A DNA stretch of 64,000 bases from assembly GCA_964561935.1 (NCBI GenBank), contig CAZLQX010000003.1, positions 66,848 to 130,847 of the forward strand. Direction: 5' to 3'. This stretch comes from an uncultured Holophagales bacterium (GTDB lineage Bacteria > Acidobacteriota > Thermoanaerobaculia > UBA5066). The stretch's first letter is position 1. Each line of letters starts with the position of its first letter. Shown one piece after another: positions 17,857 through 27,748 of the stretch. The position numbers and the translations under genes are program-made. Under the pieces are notes generated by a model. The model was not told the origin of the DNA and did not search any database. It saw nothing but the letters and a program-made list of their open reading frames with translations.

Positions 17857-18031
17857 GGGCGCCTCCTTCCGGACGAATCGGACGGCGCCCGGTCGACGGA
17901 CATATCGGTCCACCGCGGGACGCACCGAGCTCCGGGACGGTTTGTGGCTCTCTCCGACGGTGGCGGGGCGGATGGATTCCGGGGAGGGGCGTTTTCGCCG
18001 CGATCGGCCGACTTTGCCGTCCGGGCCCCGG

Positions 18032-18472
18032 TCAGCAGGGAATGAGGCCGAGGGCACCCGCGCCGAGGAGCCCTGCGAGGTCGGTGGCGAACGACAGGGC
18101 GACGCCGCCGAGGCGCCAGAGGTGCTCCTTTCCGCTCCGACCGAGGAGGACGACCACTGCCGATCGCCCGCGCCCCGCGGCGAGCGCGCCGACGTACGAC
18201 CACTCCAGCCAGCGGAGGAGAGCGGAGCCGGCGAGCAGGGCGAGCGGCGGGACGCCGAGGCGGTTCTGCGCCGGGGCGAGGGTGGTGAGGCCGAGGAGGA
18301 GGAGCCACCCGAGGAGGAGGCCGAGCGCGAGGCGGAGGAGCGCGAGGAGCGCGGCCCGGCGGAGCGGCGATGCCGGCCGGGCCGGTGCGAGGAGCGCGAG
18401 GCCCAGCCGGCACCACGCCGTGTAGGCCAGGAGCTTGACGCCGAAGAACGCGAGGACGCCGAAGGCGCTCAC
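18032..18472 (-). CDS. hypothetical membrane protein (3-4 TM)
   Basis: Hydrophobic Leu/Ala-rich ORF downstream of ade on the same strand. The opposite-strand ORFs are Arg-rich junk. No recognisable domain. Confidence 0.4.
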   Translation of the reverse strand: MSAFGVLAFFGVKLLAYTAWCRLGLALLAPARPASPLRRAALLALLRLALGLLLGWLLLLGLTTLAPAQNRLGVPPLALLAGSALLRWLEWSYVGALAAGRGRSAVVVLLGRSGKEHLWRLGGVALSFATDLAGLLGAGALGLIPC

Positions 18473-18506
18473 GCCGGACCCCGCGTCCGGGACTCGTCCC
18501 CTGCGA

Positions 18507-20243
18507 TCACGCGAACGAGGAGACGTGCTCGAAGCGGCCGACGTCGACGAGCCCCCTGTCCGTCAGCTTCAGCTCGGGGATGACGGGGAGGGCGAGGAAG
18601 GCGAGCGTCATGAAGGGGTGGTCGACGGCGGTGCCGAGGGCGCGGGTCGCCTCGTTCGCCTTCCGCTCGGCGCGGTCGACCTCCTCCATGGGGGCGTTCG
18701 ACATGAGGCCCGCGACGGGGAGCGCGACCTCGGCGAGGACCTGGGCGCCGTGCGCGACGACGATGCCGCCGCCGAGCTCGGCGGCTCTCCGGACGGCCGT
18801 CTCCATGGAGGCGTCGTCGCAGCCGGCGACGACGACGTTGTGCGAGTCGTGCGCGACGGAGGAGGCGATCGCGCCGCGCGCGAGGCCGAAGCCCCGCGCG
18901 AAGGAGACGCCGACGTTGCCGGTGCCGCGGTGCCGCTCGACGACGGCGAGCTTCGCGAGGTCGCGCGCGGGGTCGGCGGCGGCGCCGCCGTCGACGACGC
19001 GCGCCTCCGCGGTCGAGGCGCCGGTCGCGAGGGAGCCGGGGCGGACCTCGATGACGCGGACCCGGGCGCCGGGCTCCGCGGCGAGGCGGAGGCGCGAGGC
19101 GTCGAAGCCGTCGATCCGGAACGACGGTCCCTCGGGGATGCCGCGCGACGGGACGTCGACGAGGAGCCTCCCGCCCTTCGCGACGCTCCTCCCGCCGAGG
19201 ACGACGAGGTCGGGGCGGACGTCGTCGAGGCTCTCGAACGTGATCAGGTCGGCGCGGTAGCCCGGTGCGATCGCGCCCCGGTCGCGGAAGCCGTAGTGGC
19301 GCGCGGCCGAGAGGGAGGCGAGGCGGAAGGCGAGGACCGGGTCGAGGCCGAGCGCGATGGCGCGGCGGACGTGGTGGTCGACGTGGCCGTGGGTCAGGAG
19401 GTCCCACGGATGACGGTCGTCGGTCGCGAAGGCGAAGCGCTCGGAGTTGCCGGCGTTCACGAGCGGGAGGAGGTCGTCGAGGTTCTTCGCGGCCGTCCCT
19501 TCGCGGATCCAGATCGACATGCCGCGGCGGACCTTCTCCGTCGCCTCCTCGCGGCCGAGGCACTCGTGGTCGGTCCGGATGCCGGCGCCGACGTAGGCGT
19601 TCAGGTCGAGGCCCGAAAGGAGCGGAGAGTGGCCGTCGATGGGGAGGCCGCGGGACGCGGCGTCCTCCACCTTCGCGCGGACGTTCGGGTCGCCGAAGAG
19701 GAAACCGGGGACGTTCATCATCTCGGCCAGGCCCAGCACGTCCTTCCGGCCGTAGAAGCGGGCGAGGTCGGCCGGGCCGAGGTCGGCGCCGGCCGTCTCG
19801 AGGTGCGTCGCCGGGACGCACGAGGGGAGCATGACGTGGAGCTCGACGGGGAGGCCCTCGGCCGAGGCGAGGAACGCCTCGAGCCCCTCGGCGCCGCGCA
19901 CGTTCGCGATCTCGTGCGGGTCGGTGACGACGGCGGCCGTGCCGTGCGCAGCGGCGAGCCGCGCGAAGACGGGGGGCGTCGTCATCGTCGACTCGACGTG
20001 GATGTGGGCGTCCCAGAAGGCGGGCGCGAGGAACGCGCCGTGGAGGTCGATCTCGTTCGCCGGGTCGGCGGCGCGGTACGGCCCGAAGCCGAGGACGCGG
20101 TCGCCCGCGACACCGACCGTCTCCTCGTGGATCTCGCCCGTCAGGACGTTGACGACGCGAGCGTTCCGGAAGACGAGGTCGGCGGGGACGGTGCCGCGCG
20201 CGGCGTCGACGAAGGCGGCGAGGGGGAGCGTTCCGACGGCCAT
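18507..20243 (-). CDS. ade: adenine deaminase
   Basis: Start re-set to ATG with GGAGG 5 nt upstream (MAVGTLPLAAF). Amidohydrolase metal motifs are present (DAHIHVES, DGHS, HECL), and there is an Ade-type C-terminal domain. Confidence 0.85.
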   Translation of the reverse strand: MAVGTLPLAAFVDAARGTVPADLVFRNARVVNVLTGEIHEETVGVAGDRVLGFGPYRAADPANEIDLHGAFLAPAFWDAHIHVESTMTTPPVFARLAAAHGTAAVVTDPHEIANVRGAEGLEAFLASAEGLPVELHVMLPSCVPATHLETAGADLGPADLARFYGRKDVLGLAEMMNVPGFLFGDPNVRAKVEDAASRGLPIDGHSPLLSGLDLNAYVGAGIRTDHECLGREEATEKVRRGMSIWIREGTAAKNLDDLLPLVNAGNSERFAFATDDRHPWDLLTHGHVDHHVRRAIALGLDPVLAFRLASLSAARHYGFRDRGAIAPGYRADLITFESLDDVRPDLVVLGGRSVAKGGRLLVDVPSRGIPEGPSFRIDGFDASRLRLAAEPGARVRVIEVRPGSLATGASTAEARVVDGGAAADPARDLAKLAVVERHRGTGNVGVSFARGFGLARGAIASSVAHDSHNVVVAGCDDASMETAVRRAAELGGGIVVAHGAQVLAEVALPVAGLMSNAPMEEVDRAERKANEATRALGTAVDHPFMTLAFLALPVIPELKLTDRGLVDVGRFEHVSSFA

Positions 20244-20360
20244 GGGAGCCTCCGGGCGGAGCGTAGACCGGGACGGGGCGGGAGGCGAGGGGCGCACGGG
20301 GAGGAGGGCTTCCGCGGCCGGATCGACTAGGATCCGTGCACTTCGAAAGGAGGGTTCCCC

Positions 20361-21158
20361 ATGTCCGAGCGCAAGGAGCTGCTGCCCGGCTCGTTCTGCT
20401 GGCCCGAGCTCGCCACGGCCGACCTCGCGAAGGCGAAGGCGTTCTTCTCCGCCCTCTTCGGCTGGGAGCCCGCCGACGTCCCGACGGCGGGAGGCACCTA
20501 CACGGTCTTCAAGCTCCGCGGCCTCGACGTGGCGGCGGCGCGGTCGTTCAGCCAGGAGGAGCGCGGGCAGGAGATCCCGCCGCACTTCATGAGCTACGTC
20601 TCGACGACGGCCGTCGACGCGGCGGCGGAGAAGGCGAAGGAGCTGGGCGGGAAGGTCCTCTACGGTCCGTTCGACGTCATGGGGATCGGACGGATGGCCG
20701 TCGTCTGCGACCCGGAGGGGCTCCCCTTCGCGCTCTGGGAGGCGCGCGGCCACGTCGGGATCCAGCTCGCGGGCGAGCCCGGCGCCCTCTCGTGGACGGA
20801 GATCGTCACGCGCGACGCCGACGGCGCGAAGGCCTTCTACGGCGGTCTCTTCGGCTGGACGTTCAGGGCCTCGGGGGAGGCGATGCCCGACTACGTCGAG
20901 ATCTACCGGGAGGAGCAGCCGATCGGCGGCGTCTTCCCGATGAAGGGCGACGAGTGGGCCGGCGTCCCGGGGCACTTCATGCCCTACTTCGCCGTGACCG
21001 ACGCGGACGCGGCCTTCGCGAGGGCGAAGGGGCTCGGCGGGACGGCGGTCGTCCCGCCGACCGACATCCCGAACGTCGGGCGCTTCTCGCTCCTCCGCGA
21101 CGACCAGGGGGCCCACTTCTCGGTGATCGCCTTCGCGCCGATGCCGCAGGAGGGCTGA
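20361..21158 (+). CDS. two-domain VOC (glyoxalase/bleomycin-resistance fold) family protein
   Basis: 265 aa with duplicated VOC modules (FCWPELATAD…FKL and WTEIVTRDADGAKAFY…). Confidence 0.75.
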   Translation: MSERKELLPGSFCWPELATADLAKAKAFFSALFGWEPADVPTAGGTYTVFKLRGLDVAAARSFSQEERGQEIPPHFMSYVSTTAVDAAAEKAKELGGKVLYGPFDVMGIGRMAVVCDPEGLPFALWEARGHVGIQLAGEPGALSWTEIVTRDADGAKAFYGGLFGWTFRASGEAMPDYVEIYREEQPIGGVFPMKGDEWAGVPGHFMPYFAVTDADAAFARAKGLGGTAVVPPTDIPNVGRFSLLRDDQGAHFSVIAFAPMPQEG

Positions 21159-21243
21159 GGGGGGAGGTCGGGCGGGCCGCGCGGTCCGCGACGGCCGCCC
21201 CGACACGATGCCGGTGCTACCGTCGTCCGGCGGAGGCCCGGCG

Positions 21244-22287
21244 ATGCGGACGATCGACCTGCGAAGCGACACGGTGACCCGGCCTTCGGCCGCGATGCGG
21301 GCGGCGATGGCGGAGGCGGTCGTCGGCGACGACGTCTTCGGGGACGACCCGACGGTGCGGGAGCTCGAGGAGCACGCGGCGTCGCTCCTCGGGAAGGCCG
21401 CGGGGCTCTTCCTCCCCTCGGGGACGATGTCGAACCAGGCGGCGCTCCTCGCCTGGACGGAGCGGGGCGACGAGGTCTTCGCCCACGCGCAGAGCCACGT
21501 CCTCCTCTACGAGCAGGGAGGCGCGGCCGTCCTCGGGTCGCTCCAGACGCGCTCCTTCTCCTCCGACGACGGGCTGCTCGACCCGGAGGAGATGGAGGAG
21601 TTCGTCCACACGGGGGAGGACCCGCACAACGCGCGGACGCGCCTCGTCGCCCTCGAGAACACGCACAACCACTGCGGCGGGCGGGTCCTCGACCCGCGCG
21701 GGGTCCTCGCGGTGCGGGCCTTCTGCGACCGGCACGGTCTCGTCCTCCACCTCGACGGGGCGCGGGTCGCGAACGCCGCGGTCGCGAGCGGCCGGCCCCT
21801 TCCCGAGCTCGCGGCCCCGTTCGACTCGGTGAGCTTCTGCCTCTCGAAGGGGCTCGGCGCGCCGGTCGGGTCGGTCCTCGCCGGACCGGCCGATTTCGTG
21901 CGGAGGGCCCGGCGCGCCCGGAAGCTCCTCGGCGGCGGGATGCGCCAGGCGGGGATCCTCGCCGCGGCGGGCCTTCACGCGCTGCGGAGCAACGTGCCGC
22001 GTCTCGCCGACGACCACCGCCGCTGCCGGACGCTCGCGGAAAGGATCGCGAAGGCTCCCGGGCTCCTCGTCGACCTCGGGCGCGTGGAGACGAACATGGT
22101 CTTCGCCTCGACGCGGCCCACGGGGCTGAGGGCCGCCGAGGTCGCGCGCCGGCTCGCGGAGGCGGGGGTCCTCGCGCTCGACGAGTCGCCCTGGCTCCTC
22201 CGTTTCGTGACGCACCTCGACGTCGACGACGCGGACGTCGAGGCGGCGGGCGAGGCCGTCGTCCGGACGATGTCGGCGCTCGCGTGA
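21244..22287 (+). CDS. ltaE: low-specificity L-threonine aldolase
   Basis: ATG with GGAGG 7 nt upstream. Contains LRSDTVTRP, GTMSNQ, and the PLP-lysine motif (FCLSKGLGAPVGS). Confidence 0.85.
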   Translation: MRTIDLRSDTVTRPSAAMRAAMAEAVVGDDVFGDDPTVRELEEHAASLLGKAAGLFLPSGTMSNQAALLAWTERGDEVFAHAQSHVLLYEQGGAAVLGSLQTRSFSSDDGLLDPEEMEEFVHTGEDPHNARTRLVALENTHNHCGGRVLDPRGVLAVRAFCDRHGLVLHLDGARVANAAVASGRPLPELAAPFDSVSFCLSKGLGAPVGSVLAGPADFVRRARRARKLLGGGMRQAGILAAAGLHALRSNVPRLADDHRRCRTLAERIAKAPGLLVDLGRVETNMVFASTRPTGLRAAEVARRLAEAGVLALDESPWLLRFVTHLDVDDADVEAAGEAVVRTMSALA

Positions 22288-22302
22288 CGACGAACGCGAG
22301 AG

Positions 22303-22357
22303 GCCCGGCGCGACGGCGGCCGGCCCGGGAGGGCCCGACCCGCGTCGCGGGCCGGGC
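22303..22357. terminator. GC-rich stem-loop between convergent ltaE and pip, a possible bidirectional terminator
   Basis: GCCCGGCGCGACG…CGTCGCGGGCCGGGC inverted repeat with an inner palindrome. No U-tract. Confidence 0.3.
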
Positions 22358-22363
22358 GCAGCG

Positions 22364-23317
22364 TCAGAAGGTCCCCGAGTCGACGTCGCGAAGGAAGCGG
22401 ATCAGCCCCTCGAAGTAGGCCTCGGGGTCGTCGTACATCGCGAGGTGGCTCCCGTTCGGGCAGTGGTGGTACCGGCCGCGCGGAAGCGTCCGCGCCATCC
22501 GCTCGAGGTGCGACGGGTCCATCGTGTCGTGCGTCGCCCCGATGACGAGCGTCGGCACCGCGATGCGCGCGAGGTCCGCCGTCCGGTCCCAGCCGGCGAG
22601 CTTCCCCGAGGCGCCGAGCTCACTCGGCCCCTGCATCGGGACGTAGACCTTCGGGTTGACGTGCGCGAAGGTCCGCTGGACGGGGTCGGGCCACTCCGCC
22701 TGCGGGAGGCGCAGGACGTGCTTCTCGTAGTGGTGCGGGACGAGGAGCTCCATGTAGCGCGGCTCCTCGTGGCGCCCCTCGGCCTCGAGGCGGAGCGCCT
22801 CGGCGAGGGCGTCCTGGTCCATCGCCGGCATGAGGACGTCCCGCGCGTAGGCGTTGTAGGCGGGGATCGACGCCATCATGTTCGAGACGACGAGCCCCTT
22901 CAGGTGCTCCGGGTGCGCGAGGGCGTACTCGATCGCGAGGATGCCGCCCCACGACTGCCCGAGGAGGAAGAACGAATCGCGGTCGAGGCCGAGGGCCTTC
23001 CGCACCTGCTCGACCTCGTCGACGAAGCGGGGGATCTCCCAGAGCGACGGGTCGTCGGGCTGGTCGCTGTGCCAGGAGCCGAGCTGGTCGTAGTAGACGT
23101 ACTCGATCCCGGCGGCGGGGAGCCAGTCGTCGCACGCCTCGTAGCACTCGTGCGTGGCGCCCGGTCCGCCGTGGAGGAGGAGGAGCTTCACGCGCGGGTT
23201 GTCGCCGACGCGTCGCGTGTAGACGCGGAAGCGGCCGGCCGGGGTCTCGACCGGGATCCTCCGGACCTCGCCGGCGCGCGCGTCGGACGCGTTCCCCTCC
23301 GTCCCGGTCGTCGTCAT
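22364..23317 (-). CDS. pip: proline iminopeptidase (alpha/beta hydrolase, S33)
   Basis: Contains HGGPG and the nucleophile elbow GQSWGG, and shows overall PIP similarity. Confidence 0.85.
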   Translation of the reverse strand: MTTTGTEGNASDARAGEVRRIPVETPAGRFRVYTRRVGDNPRVKLLLLHGGPGATHECYEACDDWLPAAGIEYVYYDQLGSWHSDQPDDPSLWEIPRFVDEVEQVRKALGLDRDSFFLLGQSWGGILAIEYALAHPEHLKGLVVSNMMASIPAYNAYARDVLMPAMDQDALAEALRLEAEGRHEEPRYMELLVPHHYEKHVLRLPQAEWPDPVQRTFAHVNPKVYVPMQGPSELGASGKLAGWDRTADLARIAVPTLVIGATHDTMDPSHLERMARTLPRGRYHHCPNGSHLAMYDDPEAYFEGLIRFLRDVDSGTF

Positions 23318-23499
23318 GGGCCCTCCTCGAACGGGCGGGCGACGCCCGCCGGTGCCGGGGGCCGCCGCTCGCGCTCGTGACGGATCGTCCCCCCGACGAT
23401 ACGGCAGGAACGCGCGGGAGGCGAGCGGAAGCTCCGTCCACTATCCTCCTCCGCCGGGAGCCGCGCGGTTCCAGCCGCCGCGGGGAGAGGGAGGACGCG

Positions 23500-24522
23500 A
23501 TGAGGAGAACCGCGGGAACGCTCGCGGCGGTCGTCGCCCTGGCGGCGGGCTGCGCGGGAGGGACCGGGGGGGCGCGGACGTTCGCCGAGGCCGTCCGCGT
23601 CCGGTCCGACGTGACGATCGTCGTGACGGACTCGGGCCTCGGCGGGATGTCCGTCGTCGCGGACCTCGCGAGCCGCCTCCCGGCGAGCGGCATCGCCCGC
23701 TCGGCGCGCGTCGTCTTCGTGAACGCCCTCCTCGACGACGCGATCGGCTACAACGACCTGAAGGACGAGGCGGACAAGGTCCGCGTCTTCGACGCGGCCC
23801 TCGACGCGATGGAGCGCCGGTACCGGCCCGATCTGATCCTCGTCGCCTGCAACACTCTCTCGGTCTTCTACGGGAAGACCGAGCACGCGCGACGCGGGAC
23901 GACCGAGACGGTGAGCATCGTCCCGATGGGAGCGGAGCTCGTCGCGGAAGCTCTGCGGGAGCGCCCGGGCGCGGTCGCGGTCCTCCTCGCGACCAAGGGG
24001 ACGATCGACTCGGGCGCCCACCGGAAGCTCCTCCTCGAGGCGGGGGTCGACGAGGGGCGGATCGTCGGCCAGGCGTGCCCGAGGCTGACCGGGGCGATCG
24101 AGCGAGGGGCGCACTCCGAGGAGACGCGCGGCCGCGTCCGGGGCTTCGTGGCGGAGGCGGCGGCGAAGCTGCCGAAGGGGACCGGGCCGCCCGTCGTGAG
24201 CCTGAACTGCACGCACTTCGGCTTCGCGCGGCCGCTCTGGGAGGAGGCGTTCGCCGAGCTCGGCTTCCCGCAGGTGACCGTCCTCGACCCGAACCCGCGG
24301 ATGACCGACCTCGTCCTGAGGGAGGCGGGCGCGCGGCGCTTCCCGTCGACCGCCGTGACCGTCGAGGTCGTCTCGAAGACGCCGATCACGGACACGGTGC
24401 GCGACGCGCTCGGCGCGCTCCTGCGGCCGACCTCCCCCGCGGCCGCCGACGCGCTCGCGCGCTGGAGGCACGTGCCCGACCTCTTTCACGCCGAGGTCGA
24501 CCCGTCGAAGGTCGCCCGGTGA
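23500..24522 (+). CDS. Asp/Glu racemase-family protein (MurI-like) with N-terminal signal peptide/lipobox
   Basis: Start re-set to ATG (MRRTAGTLAAVVALAAGC…) with GGGAGG upstream. MurI motifs are present: VTDSGLGG, LVACNT, CTHF. Both catalytic Cys residues are present. Confidence 0.7.
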   Translation: MRRTAGTLAAVVALAAGCAGGTGGARTFAEAVRVRSDVTIVVTDSGLGGMSVVADLASRLPASGIARSARVVFVNALLDDAIGYNDLKDEADKVRVFDAALDAMERRYRPDLILVACNTLSVFYGKTEHARRGTTETVSIVPMGAELVAEALRERPGAVAVLLATKGTIDSGAHRKLLLEAGVDEGRIVGQACPRLTGAIERGAHSEETRGRVRGFVAEAAAKLPKGTGPPVVSLNCTHFGFARPLWEEAFAELGFPQVTVLDPNPRMTDLVLREAGARRFPSTAVTVEVVSKTPITDTVRDALGALLRPTSPAAADALARWRHVPDLFHAEVDPSKVAR

Positions 24523-24598
24523 GCGAGCCCGCGCGTCGGCGGGAGCCGCGGACACCGCGCCGCGCGGGACGTGCCCGCTTCGGCTAACCTCACGGGAG

Positions 24599-25750
24599 AT
24601 GCGGATTTCCTCGCGGGCCGTCCTCGTCGCGGCGCTCCTCGGCCGCCCGCTCGCGGCTCAGGAAGCGCCGTTCGCGACGGAGCTCTCCTTCGGCTTCCGC
24701 TACGAGGGGAGCTCGACGGATCGCCCCCTCGTCGTCCTCGACGGGACGCCGACGGACGCCTACGTCTACTCCGCCGACGACCGCTCCCACGCCGTCGAGG
24801 TCGCGGCGACGCGCTGGCTCCGCCCCGTGCCGGACGACGGGACGACGCCGCTCGCCCTCCTCCCCTGGGCGGCGCGCGTCCCGGGGCTGACGGCCCGCTT
24901 CGCGCTGACGGGCGCGAGCCGCGACTCGGCCGGGAGCTTCGCCGGACAGGCGTCGTCCTACGAGGCGCGGCTCTCCGGCGACGGCTCCGTCCGGGACGCG
25001 GAGGTCGGCGCGGAATGGTTCCTCGGCCGCGTCCTCTCCCTTCGCGGGGCGCTCGCCTTCGCGAACGAGCGGGAGACGGCGGCGTCGACGTCCGTCGAGC
25101 GCCCGTCGGGGCGGACCGACGTCGCGACGGCGGCGACCCGCGCCTCGGGGCCCTCGGCCTCCCTCGGGGTCGCGCTGCGCCTCGGCGAGCACGAGCTGCG
25201 CTTCGAGGGCGGGTACGGCGCGACGGACCTCGTCCGCGAGGACGAGAGCGCCTTCACGGGCGGGACGCAGCCGTTCTCCTCGCGGCTCGAGACGGAGAGC
25301 CTCTCGCGGCGCGGGTCCGTCGCGGCGCGGCTCCCCTTTCTGGAGAGGCGGCTCCTCGTCGACGTCGAGGGGGAGTATTCGCTCGCGACCTCCTCCTCCG
25401 ACCTCGAGGGGCTCCTCTCCGGGCCGTACGCGAAGGGGCGCGCGATCTCCCGCCGGGCGTCGGCCGCGGTGACGTGGTTCCCGCGCCGGCGGCTCGGGGT
25501 GACCGCGTCGCTCGACTACGCGACGCGCGACGCATCCTCGGGGACGGGCGGCCCGCTCCGCCCCTCGAGCTCCGGGACGACGCGGACGCTCGGGCTCTCG
25601 GCGCGCTGGTTCGCGACGGAGAGGGTCTCCGTCTTCGCGGCAGCGGCGCGTGTCGCCTCGGACTCCGTGACGCCTCCCGGCTCGACGACCTACCAGCGCT
25701 TCGACGAGACGTCGGGGCGCGTGACGCTCGGCGCGGCGGCGAGGTTCTAG
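24599..25750 (+). CDS. putative outer-membrane beta-barrel protein
   Basis: Has a signal peptide and alternating beta-strand-like composition. The C-terminus …LGAAARF ends in Phe. It lies directly upstream of the Kef gene. Confidence 0.55.
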   Translation: MRISSRAVLVAALLGRPLAAQEAPFATELSFGFRYEGSSTDRPLVVLDGTPTDAYVYSADDRSHAVEVAATRWLRPVPDDGTTPLALLPWAARVPGLTARFALTGASRDSAGSFAGQASSYEARLSGDGSVRDAEVGAEWFLGRVLSLRGALAFANERETAASTSVERPSGRTDVATAATRASGPSASLGVALRLGEHELRFEGGYGATDLVREDESAFTGGTQPFSSRLETESLSRRGSVAARLPFLERRLLVDVEGEYSLATSSSDLEGLLSGPYAKGRAISRRASAAVTWFPRRRLGVTASLDYATRDASSGTGGPLRPSSSGTTRTLGLSARWFATERVSVFAAAARVASDSVTPPGSTTYQRFDETSGRVTLGAAARF

Positions 25751-25753
25751 GCG

Positions 25754-27748
25754 GTGGGGGAGAGCCCGTTTCTCCGCGACCTCGTCATCGTCCTCGCGGC
25801 GTCGCTGCCGGTCCTCTTCGTCTTCCAGAAGCTGCGCGTGCCGACGATCGTGGCGTTCCTCTTCACGGGGATCCTGATCGGGCCCTACGCGCTCGGGCTC
25901 GTCGGCGACCCCGACCAGGTCCGGAAGATCGCCGAGCTCGGCGTCGTCCTGATCCTGTTCTACGTCGGCCTCGGTTTCTCGCTCCCGCGGTTGAAGGAGC
26001 TGGGGAGGACGGCCGTCGTGAGCGGCGCCCTCCAGATGACGCTCGCCGTCCTCGCCACCGCGGGGGTCCTCCTCCTCCTCGGCCAGGATCTCCGGCCGGC
26101 GATCTTCGGCGGTCTCCTCGTCGCGGGCTCCTCGACGGCGGTCGTCCTGCCGGTCCTCTCCTCCCGGGACGAGATCGACGCCCCGTTCGCCCGCCAGTTC
26201 CTCGGGACCTCGCTCTTCCAGGACCTCGGCGTGATCCCGCTCATCCTCCTCCTCCCGGCGCTCGCCGGCGGGACGCAGGCGGGCGAAGCGCCGTCGCTCC
26301 TCTCCGTCCTCGGGCGGGTCGGCCTCGCGGCCGCGAGCGTCGCGGTCCTCGTCGTCGTGGCGCGCTTCGTCGTCCCGCCGCTCCTCGACCGGCTCGTCCG
26401 CGTCGCCGGCCGGGAGACGTTCACGGCCGGCGTCGTCGTCGTGATCCTCGGGATGGTCGCGATCGCCGTCGAGGCGGGCGTCTCGGCCGCCATGGGCGCG
26501 TTCGCCGCGGGGATCGTCGTCGCCGAGAGCGAGTCGATGGCCGACGTCAGCGCGACCTTCGCGCCGTTCCGCGACATCCTGACGAGCCTCTTCTTCGTCT
26601 CGATCGGGATGCTCCTCGACCCGGTGTTCGTCCTGTCGCGCCCGCTCCTCGTCCTCGGCGTCGTCGTCGCCGTCGTCCTGCTGAAGGTCGTGACGGCCTA
26701 CCCGGCGCTGCGGGCGGCCCGCGCCGTGCCGCGCGTCGCGATCCGGGCCGCCTTCTCGCTCGCGACCGTCGGGGAGTTCTCGTTCGTCCTCGCGCTCGCG
26801 GGGCTCGGCTACGGGCTCCTCCAGGAGGGGCCGCAGCAGCTCTTCGTCGCGGTGTCGGTCCTGACGATGCTCTCGGCGCCCCTCCTCGTCGCGGCGGGGG
26901 CGCGCCTCGTCGGCCTCTTCCCGGAGCGGCTGGAGGGGGCCGCCGAGGCGCCGAGCGCCTCCGTCCTCCGGTCGGGGCACGTCGTCGTCGTCGGCTACGG
27001 CCTGAACGGGAGCAACGTGGCGCAGGCGCTCGGCGAGATCGGGATCCCGTACGTCGTCCTCGACGCCGAGGCGGACCGCGTCTCCCGTGCGCGGGCGGCG
27101 GGGGTGGAGGTCCTCCTCGCCGACGCGACCTCCTCCGCCGCTCTCGAGATCGCCGGGATCGCACGGGCCCGGGCGCTCGTCGTCACGGTCCCCGACCCGG
27201 CCGCGAGCCGCAAGATCGTCCGCCTGGCCCGGTCGCGGAACCCCGGGGCGAGGACGATCGTGAGGACGCGCTACATCCGCGAGGTCGACGAGCTGAGGCG
27301 CGCCGGCGCCGACGAGGTGATCCCGGAGGAGTTCGAGACCTCGATCGAGATCGTCGCGAGGCTCCTGCGCTCCTTCCACGTCCCGGGGAACCTCGTCGCG
27401 ACGCAGGTGCGGGTCCTCCGCGACGAGGCGTACCGGAGGCTGCGCGACCCGCTCGCGCGGCCCGAGACGGGCCGCCGCCTCGCCGCGCTCGTCGCGGCGG
27501 GGACGTCGGACCTCGTCCTCGTCCTCCCGGAGATGTCCGCCGTCGGGAAGACGCTCGGCGAGCTGAACCTCGAGGCGGAGCACGTCGCCGTCCCGGCGCT
27601 CCTGCGCGACGGGGCGCCGATGGCGCCGCCCCCGCTCGACCTGCCGATCGAGCCGGGCGACACGCTCCTCCTGGTCGGCGCGCACGAGGACCTCGTCCAC
27701 GCGACGAAGCGCCTCGAGGGGAGCGGCGGAGGCGAGGCGGCAGGGTGA
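25754..27748 (+). CDS. Kef-type K+/H+ antiporter (CPA2) with TrkA-N (RCK) and TrkA-C domains
   Basis: A 13-TM Na_H exchanger domain is followed by the Rossmann motif VVVVGYGLNG and a TrkA-C domain. Confidence 0.85.
   Translation: MGESPFLRDLVIVLAASLPVLFVFQKLRVPTIVAFLFTGILIGPYALGLVGDPDQVRKIAELGVVLILFYVGLGFSLPRLKELGRTAVVSGALQMTLAVLATAGVLLLLGQDLRPAIFGGLLVAGSSTAVVLPVLSSRDEIDAPFARQFLGTSLFQDLGVIPLILLLPALAGGTQAGEAPSLLSVLGRVGLAAASVAVLVVVARFVVPPLLDRLVRVAGRETFTAGVVVVILGMVAIAVEAGVSAAMGAFAAGIVVAESESMADVSATFAPFRDILTSLFFVSIGMLLDPVFVLSRPLLVLGVVVAVVLLKVVTAYPALRAARAVPRVAIRAAFSLATVGEFSFVLALAGLGYGLLQEGPQQLFVAVSVLTMLSAPLLVAAGARLVGLFPERLEGAAEAPSASVLRSGHVVVVGYGLNGSNVAQALGEIGIPYVVLDAEADRVSRARAAGVEVLLADATSSAALEIAGIARARALVVTVPDPAASRKIVRLARSRNPGARTIVRTRYIREVDELRRAGADEVIPEEFETSIEIVARLLRSFHVPGNLVATQVRVLRDEAYRRLRDPLARPETGRRLAALVAAGTSDLVLVLPEMSAVGKTLGELNLEAEHVAVPALLRDGAPMAPPPLDLPIEPGDTLLLVGAHEDLVHATKRLEGSGGGEAAG

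Noticed and set aside
18435-21277. ORFs 18435-20330 plus, 18469-19821 minus, 19265-19834 plus and the 5' 340 codons of 18507-21272 minus
   Set aside because: Antisense or out-of-frame to adenine deaminase. The upstream extension of the ade ORF runs antisense through the VOC gene (20361-21158) and is Arg/Glu-rich. The ade start at 20243 has GGAGG.
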